Program-made: the position numbers and the translations under genes | In this document: positions 58,985-64,000 of the stretch, in pieces | Layout: each line of letters begins with the position of its first letter | Position numbering within the stretch: the first letter of the stretch is position 1 | The notes under the pieces: model-generated | Told to the model about the DNA's origin: nothing | Database searches by the model: none | What the model saw: only the letters and a program-made list of their open reading frames with translations | Virus record (IMG/VR): IMGVR_UViG_3300020576_007701 | DNA: 64,000 bases | Reading direction: 5' to 3' (one strand) | Source: a virus | Taxonomy: Duplodnaviria; Caudoviricetes

Positions 58985-60000
58985 AACAAAAAAAGATAGC
59001 CCTTTGCTTCGGAATAACGGGACAAGACGGCTCGTATCTAGCAGAACTTCTACTTGAGAAAGGGTATGAAGTGCATGGAATTATCAGAAGATCTAGCAGT
59101 TTCAATACTGAAAGACTTGATCATATTTTTGACAAGCTAATATTGCATTATGGCGACGTAACGGACCCAGCTAGTACGACAAATTTAATAGCTACCATAA
59201 AGCCAGATGAAATTTATAACCTAGCCGCTCAATCACATGTTAAAGTTTCTTTTGAACAACCTTATTACACTGGAATGGTAGATGCTCTCGGAACACTTAC
59301 CATTCTTGAGGCTATGCGCATTCATTGCCCACAATCAAAATTTTATCAAGCCTCTACTTCTGAATTGTACGGTGGTATGACCTATAACATGCCACCAAAT
59401 GGCTACACTGAAGAGTCTGTATTTCACCCAAGAAGCCCTTATGGAGTTGCAAAAATTTATGGCTATTGGGCTGTTAAAAATTATCGTGAAGCTTATAATA
59501 TTTTTGCTTGTAACGGAATCTTATTTAACCATGAAAGCCCAAGACGTGGCGGCACCTTCGTAACAAAAAAAGTAATAAACAACCTTGTTGAAATTAAACA
59601 GGGTAAAAGAGAGGTATTGCATATCGGTAATTTGGATTCTAAGAGGGATTGGGGATATGCAAAAGATTATGTTGAAGGAATGTGGCTTATGCTGCAAAGA
59701 GATGTCCCAGAGGATTTTGTATTAGCTACAAACGAAGCACACTCAGTTCGTGAATTGATAGAATTAACAGCGGAGTCAATTGGTTATAAGATAGAGTGGA
59801 GAGGGTCTGGGCTAGACGAAAAAGGTTATGATGAAATAACTGGAAAATTACTTGTAGAGATTGATCAAAAATATTTCAGACCATCAGAGGTTGAGTTTCT
59901 TCTTGGTGATTCATCTAAAGCTAAGACAGATTTAGGTTGGGAGCCAAAGGTTAAGTTTAAAGACCTAGTTAGGCTAATGGTTTTGCATGAAATGTCTTAA
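58972..60000 (+). CDS. gmd: GDP-mannose 4,6-dehydratase
   Basis: [50 protein letters not shown]. Confidence 0.97.
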   Translation: MENIKQKKIALCFGITGQDGSYLAELLLEKGYEVHGIIRRSSSFNTERLDHIFDKLILHYGDVTDPASTTNLIATIKPDEIYNLAAQSHVKVSFEQPYYTGMVDALGTLTILEAMRIHCPQSKFYQASTSELYGGMTYNMPPNGYTEESVFHPRSPYGVAKIYGYWAVKNYREAYNIFACNGILFNHESPRRGGTFVTKKVINNLVEIKQGKREVLHIGNLDSKRDWGYAKDYVEGMWLMLQRDVPEDFVLATNEAHSVRELIELTAESIGYKIEWRGSGLDEKGYDEITGKLLVEIDQKYFRPSEVEFLLGDSSKAKTDLGWEPKVKFKDLVRLMVLHEMS

Positions 60001-60084
60001 AGTGTCTAGTTTTTGTCTGGGTTTTTAAAAAAAATTTGCAAAATATAAAAAAAGTTTATAACTTACACCCAAAAAAATAGAACT

Positions 60085-61650
60085 ATGAAAATAGAAGAGC
60101 TAACCGATAGTGACATTTCAAAGGTAAAAGAAATTTACACCAATCAATCCTTGACTTGGGATGATAAAACTGGAAAACTAAAAACACTATTTGGAGTAAA
60201 ATCTGAAAGAACCGTTAGACACTGGTTAGTCAAATTAGGTTTTAAAGAAAAAATGGCCGAAGAATCTGCAGATTATATGGCTGCTAAAAAGAAAAAGCTA
60301 GATAAGACAAAAAAGCGCTATATTGTTTCTTGGGCGCAAAACAATACACCACTTCATATTCCTTTTATGAGAAATATGGAAGCTTATGCTAAACACCTTA
60401 ACGCCTCGATACATGTAGTTGCTGGCAGATATAAAAACCCAACTTCAATTTTTCAAGATCGTGATGAAGAATATTGGGACACAGAATTGTTGGAAAAAAA
60501 TTATTTAGACGCAGCTCAGCATGATATTCATAAATTTTTAACTATTCTTGGTAATGTTAAAACGCAGCCTACGGCTATAAATCCACTTGAAGGTTTTGAA
60601 AGTTTTACAGCTGATAAATCTTGTATTGTTGGCCACCCAAAAGTTCAATTAAAAATGGTTCCAGTTTTAGAAAGTTACGTTCAAAAGATGATGGTAACTA
60701 CTGGAGCTTGTACAGAAAAAAATTATACAGATTCAAAAGCTGGAAAAAGAGGCGAATTTAATCACACACTTGGTTTTGTTATTGTTGAAATAAAAAACAA
60801 TGAAATATTTTTTCTTAGGCAAGTAACTGCTGACATCAATGGTAATTTTAACGACCTATACTACAATGTTACAAACAAAAAAGTAAAAACTAACAACAAA
60901 ATTGCGAGTTTGATCATGGGAGATATACATGTTGGAGACCATGACAAACAAGTTATTGATTCTACTTTAAATGTGCTGTGTAAAAAATTGCATCCAGACA
61001 ATATTGTAATGCACGATATTTTTAATGGACACTCTATTTCGCACCACGAACTAAATGACATCTTCCTTCAATACCAAAGAGATGTAGATGGAACAAACTC
61101 TTTACAAAGAGAATTTGATGAAATGTTGGTGTGGTTAGAACAATTTAAAAAACACAATGTGGTTATTGTAAAAAGTAACCATGATGATGTGGTAGACAAA
61201 TGGTTAAGACATAGCGATGCCAAACACATTAAGGCTAGTAAAAATTATTTATTGTTTACAGAATTATCTTCTATAATTATGCAAAACAAAGCGCCAAAAG
61301 GAATTGTGCCATATATTATAAATCAAAAATTTCCAAAAATTAAATGTCTTGGAAGAGACGATAGTTTTAGAGTAAAAGAATTTGAGTTGGGTGTACATGG
61401 CGATATTGGAGCTTCTGGAAGCAGAGGTTCAATTGGACAATACAGAAGACTAAATACAAAAATAGTAACTGGGCACAGTCATCAACCAGTCAGATTAGAT
61501 GGTTCTCTTTCAGTTGGAACTAGTACTAAGTTGAGGGTAAACTATAACAAGGGTCAAAGTGCCTGGTTGAATAGCCACGTGATTATACATGAGGATGGAA
61601 AAGCACAACATATAAATTTCATAAAGGGATGTTTTACCACCTTTAAATAA
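60085..61650 (+). CDS. Calcineurin-like metallophosphoesterase with N-terminal HTH (possibly T5 A1-like)
   Basis: GDIH, HDIFNG, SNHD, HGD, GHSH metal-binding motifs. Confidence 0.75.
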   Translation: MKIEELTDSDISKVKEIYTNQSLTWDDKTGKLKTLFGVKSERTVRHWLVKLGFKEKMAEESADYMAAKKKKLDKTKKRYIVSWAQNNTPLHIPFMRNMEAYAKHLNASIHVVAGRYKNPTSIFQDRDEEYWDTELLEKNYLDAAQHDIHKFLTILGNVKTQPTAINPLEGFESFTADKSCIVGHPKVQLKMVPVLESYVQKMMVTTGACTEKNYTDSKAGKRGEFNHTLGFVIVEIKNNEIFFLRQVTADINGNFNDLYYNVTNKKVKTNNKIASLIMGDIHVGDHDKQVIDSTLNVLCKKLHPDNIVMHDIFNGHSISHHELNDIFLQYQRDVDGTNSLQREFDEMLVWLEQFKKHNVVIVKSNHDDVVDKWLRHSDAKHIKASKNYLLFTELSSIIMQNKAPKGIVPYIINQKFPKIKCLGRDDSFRVKEFELGVHGDIGASGSRGSIGQYRRLNTKIVTGHSHQPVRLDGSLSVGTSTKLRVNYNKGQSAWLNSHVIIHEDGKAQHINFIKGCFTTFK

Positions 61651-62704
61651 AATTTAGTTTTTCAGTCACACCTTCATTATACTTAATTGTTAAAAGAGAA
61701 ATATTGTGCTCCTTGCAATATCTCTCTTTTATTTTGTCGTTAATTTTTCTATTTTTAAAACCTTCGATACCACCAAAATATTCTATAGGTTTATAATGTT
61801 GCATACCATTGTACTCAATGCATAAATTTTGTTTTGGAAGATAAAAATCGAAAGGTAAAGCTAATATATTTTTGCAATCCGCAAATTTATATTGAGAAAT
61901 ATATTCAATACCATTATTTTCAAGAAAGGTACGTATTTGAACTTCACCTGTTGATTCACCACAAGCTGGACATCCATTTCCATTTTTGTGATTATTAGGA
62001 GTTTGGCTAAATTCGCCATGATCTGGGCAAACAATAATTATTTTAGTATGCGCATTAATGTAATTCATTTTTGAATAATCATATTTTTTTCCATGAAACT
62101 CAGAAAAATATTTTAATATTTTTTCTTTTGTTAATTTTTCATTACCATAACACTTCTTGCAGCCTTGACCTTGTTTATGATTATTAAGTGTTTGTTGAAA
62201 CTCACCGTGTTCTTTGCAAATAATAGTAATTTTTTTATTTGTAATAACAGAATCCACTTTTGAATAATCATATTTATTGCTGTGTGTAATATTGCATTCG
62301 TTAATTACCTCCTGAAGTGTTAATTTTTTTCCTGCACATTTAGGACATCCACTTCCATTTTTATGCATACTAGGACTTTGTTCAAAAATACCATGTGTTT
62401 TACAAATTATTTTAATCTTCACATTATCACTGATATATTTTATATTTGAATAATCGTATTTTTTACCATGAACATCTACAAATTGTAATATTACTTTTTC
62501 TTTATCTAATTTATTGTAAATGCATTTAGGGCACCCATTTCCTCTTTTGTGATTACAAGGCAATTGTTCAAATTCGCCATGTTCTTTACATATAACTTTA
62601 ACTTTAGTTCTAGCATTTACATAGTTCACAAGATCATATGAATATTTTTCTCCATGAATTTTTTCAGCTGCTAAAATAAATTCATTATTTTTTTTGTTTT
62701 TCAT
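61643..62704 (-). CDS. Endonuclease with four Zn-ribbon repeats (DUF723-like) and Vsr-like C-terminus
   Basis: 4x H..KY.Y...C..HG.F.Q...H..G.GC..C; LPFDFY...IEYNGMQH; start reassigned to 62704. Confidence 0.8.
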   Translation of the reverse strand: MKNKKNNEFILAAEKIHGEKYSYDLVNYVNARTKVKVICKEHGEFEQLPCNHKRGNGCPKCIYNKLDKEKVILQFVDVHGKKYDYSNIKYISDNVKIKIICKTHGIFEQSPSMHKNGSGCPKCAGKKLTLQEVINECNITHSNKYDYSKVDSVITNKKITIICKEHGEFQQTLNNHKQGQGCKKCYGNEKLTKEKILKYFSEFHGKKYDYSKMNYINAHTKIIIVCPDHGEFSQTPNNHKNGNGCPACGESTGEVQIRTFLENNGIEYISQYKFADCKNILALPFDFYLPKQNLCIEYNGMQHYKPIEYFGGIEGFKNRKINDKIKERYCKEHNISLLTIKYNEGVTEKLNFI

Positions 62705-62786
62705 AAAAAATTTTTTATATTTTATAAATAGTAGAAAAAATGTTATTATACGATAATTTTTTAAAAGGCTAATAAGCAACAAAAAA

Positions 62787-63026
62787 ATGTATACAGAAAT
62801 AATTCATATTGGCGAAGGTAAATTTAATGTTATGATGGAGGACGGATCTTCAAAAGAAGCTGGCCCAAATATTCGTGGAATGATCAGATATACTTATTTT
62901 GAAGATTATACCATACCACCTCTTGATTGGGCGGTAAAACGTGAAATATTTTTACAAGACTATCAAAAAAAAGTAATGCCAGAAATTTTGTCTGGTAAAA
63001 TTAAACCTGGAAAACACAATTTTTAA
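62787..63026 (+). CDS. Hypothetical protein
   Basis: 79-aa ORF. Confidence 0.55.
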   Translation: MYTEIIHIGEGKFNVMMEDGSSKEAGPNIRGMIRYTYFEDYTIPPLDWAVKREIFLQDYQKKVMPEILSGKIKPGKHNF

Positions 63027-63034
63027 ATAAAACA

Positions 63035-63793
63035 ATGGAAAAGTTAAAAACAATAGGAATTTCAATAGACGGAACAATACGTGATTTCGCAGATAAATTT
63101 GACAAACAGTATAGAAAAGTTTTTATTCATAACCCCAATATTGTGGCCATGAATGAAGATGTTACATACAAAGAACAAACGCTAGAAGAGGCGCAAATTG
63201 TAGAAGATACAATAAGAGAAAAAGAAAGAGAATTAATCACTCTTCCAATGGATTCATATGATTTATTAAATCACTATAAATTCTCATCTCAATCAATAAA
63301 AATGTCTAAAATTGAAGATAGAGAAGGTTTAAACATGGATCCAATTGAGTATAACCCAAAACAGAATCTGGAAAAATTTTTATATGAAGATTACCCTTTT
63401 CAAGTATTTGGCCAGGCTGAGGAATATAAAGGCGCTATGGATGCTGTAAACAAACTACAAAGCATAGGCCTTACTAAAGAAAAATTTGATGTTGTACTTC
63501 TTGGAACTCATAGATCTAAGGCTATAGCTGCTACATATTTCTTTTTAAGTACAATAAATTGCAGAATTAGAAAAATTGTTTTTGTGGGTTCTGAATCTGA
63601 AAAATGGAACCACTGTGATGTTTTAATAGATTCTTCACCGATAGCTATTCAAGCTAAGCCGAAAGAAAAAACTGTTATAAAAATAACACACTTGTATAAT
63701 CAGTGGGATGCCGCTGATTTTTCTTACCCCTCAATAAAAGAAGCTTGTAATGAAGCTATTTTTGATAGAATTTTTAATCAGATTGATAAATAA
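63035..63793 (+). CDS. HAD-fold 5'(3')-deoxyribonucleotidase-like protein, degenerate active site
   Basis: GISIDGTIRDF (motif I Asp replaced by Ser), K..CDVLIDS, YN. Confidence 0.6.
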   Translation: MEKLKTIGISIDGTIRDFADKFDKQYRKVFIHNPNIVAMNEDVTYKEQTLEEAQIVEDTIREKERELITLPMDSYDLLNHYKFSSQSIKMSKIEDREGLNMDPIEYNPKQNLEKFLYEDYPFQVFGQAEEYKGAMDAVNKLQSIGLTKEKFDVVLLGTHRSKAIAATYFFLSTINCRIRKIVFVGSESEKWNHCDVLIDSSPIAIQAKPKEKTVIKITHLYNQWDAADFSYPSIKEACNEAIFDRIFNQIDK

Positions 63794-63804
63794 ATCCATA
63801 ATTA

Positions 63805-63836
63805 TTTGGTTTTTAATGTCTAATGTTTTAGATTTT
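63805..63836 (+). promoter_or_regulatory. Host-type promoter
   Basis: TTTG-N20-TAGATTTT. Confidence 0.45.
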
Positions 63837-63852
63837 ATAAAAACCAATAATT

Positions 63853-64000
63853 ATGAAAAAACAAAACAAAAAATCTAATTCTGTTAAGAAAGCTGCACCT
63901 AAAAAAGCAGCAAAGAAAGCAGCAAAGAAAGCAGTAAAGAAAGCAGCAAAGAAAGCAGCAAAGAAAGCAGTAAAGAAAGCAGCCCCTAAAAAAGCAGCCC
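63853..64000 (+). CDS. Histone H1-like Lys/Ala repeat protein, truncated by window end (not in ORF track)
   Basis: MKKQNKKSNSVKKAAPKKAAKKAAKKAVKKAAKKAAKKAVKKAAPKKAA; 12-bp tandem repeats. Confidence 0.8.
   Translation, partial: MKKQNKKSNSVKKAAPKKAAKKAAKKAVKKAAKKAAKKAVKKAAPKKAA

Noticed and set aside
1-64000. Stop-codon reassignment, tRNA/rRNA genes, integrase or IS elements
   Set aside because: Conserved genes are intact in the standard code and TAG ends genes at sensible places; no such RNA genes or recombinases were recognised by eye.

Overview
AT-rich 64-kb fragment of a large tailed dsDNA phage (T4-like myovirus morphogenesis genes, probably a jumbo phage). A Bacteroidota host is inferred from repeated TTTG-N20-TAnnTTT(G) promoters and A-rich, Shine-Dalgarno-less starts. 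The left half (about 1-32 kb, mostly minus strand) holds two giant Ser/Thr/Gly/Ala repeat fibres, their putative tip proteins, tail tube, sheath, gp15/gp14/gp13-like neck genes, major capsid protein (MCP), scaffold and prohead protease. The right half holds a vWA protein, PhoH, thioredoxin, acidic putative head-core proteins, a ~16-kb glycan-biosynthesis island (Gmd + ColD-type + Fcl/ColC-type enzymes, GT2/GT10/GT11 transferases, an SDR-cupin-C-methyltransferase fusion, a DUF1796-like/acyl-carrier fusion), a metallophosphoesterase and a histone-H1-like ORF. Five free-standing endonuclease genes are interspersed. Most notable observations: (1) four small stand-alone paralogues of pieces of the phage's own virion proteins (MCP insertion domain, MCP A-domain, neck gp13 core, probably sheath C-terminus), all in transcription units with host-type rather than late-type promoters, a candidate decoy/interference system; (2) two endonuclease insertions that duplicated and replaced the 5' end of their target genes; (3) a TATTTAT late-promoter-like motif, the reverse complement of the T4 late promoter core; (4) a ~400-nt structured non-coding region with its own promoter; (5) a probable GDP-colitose virion-glycosylation pathway. 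All assignments come from visual motif recognition; no database search was run.
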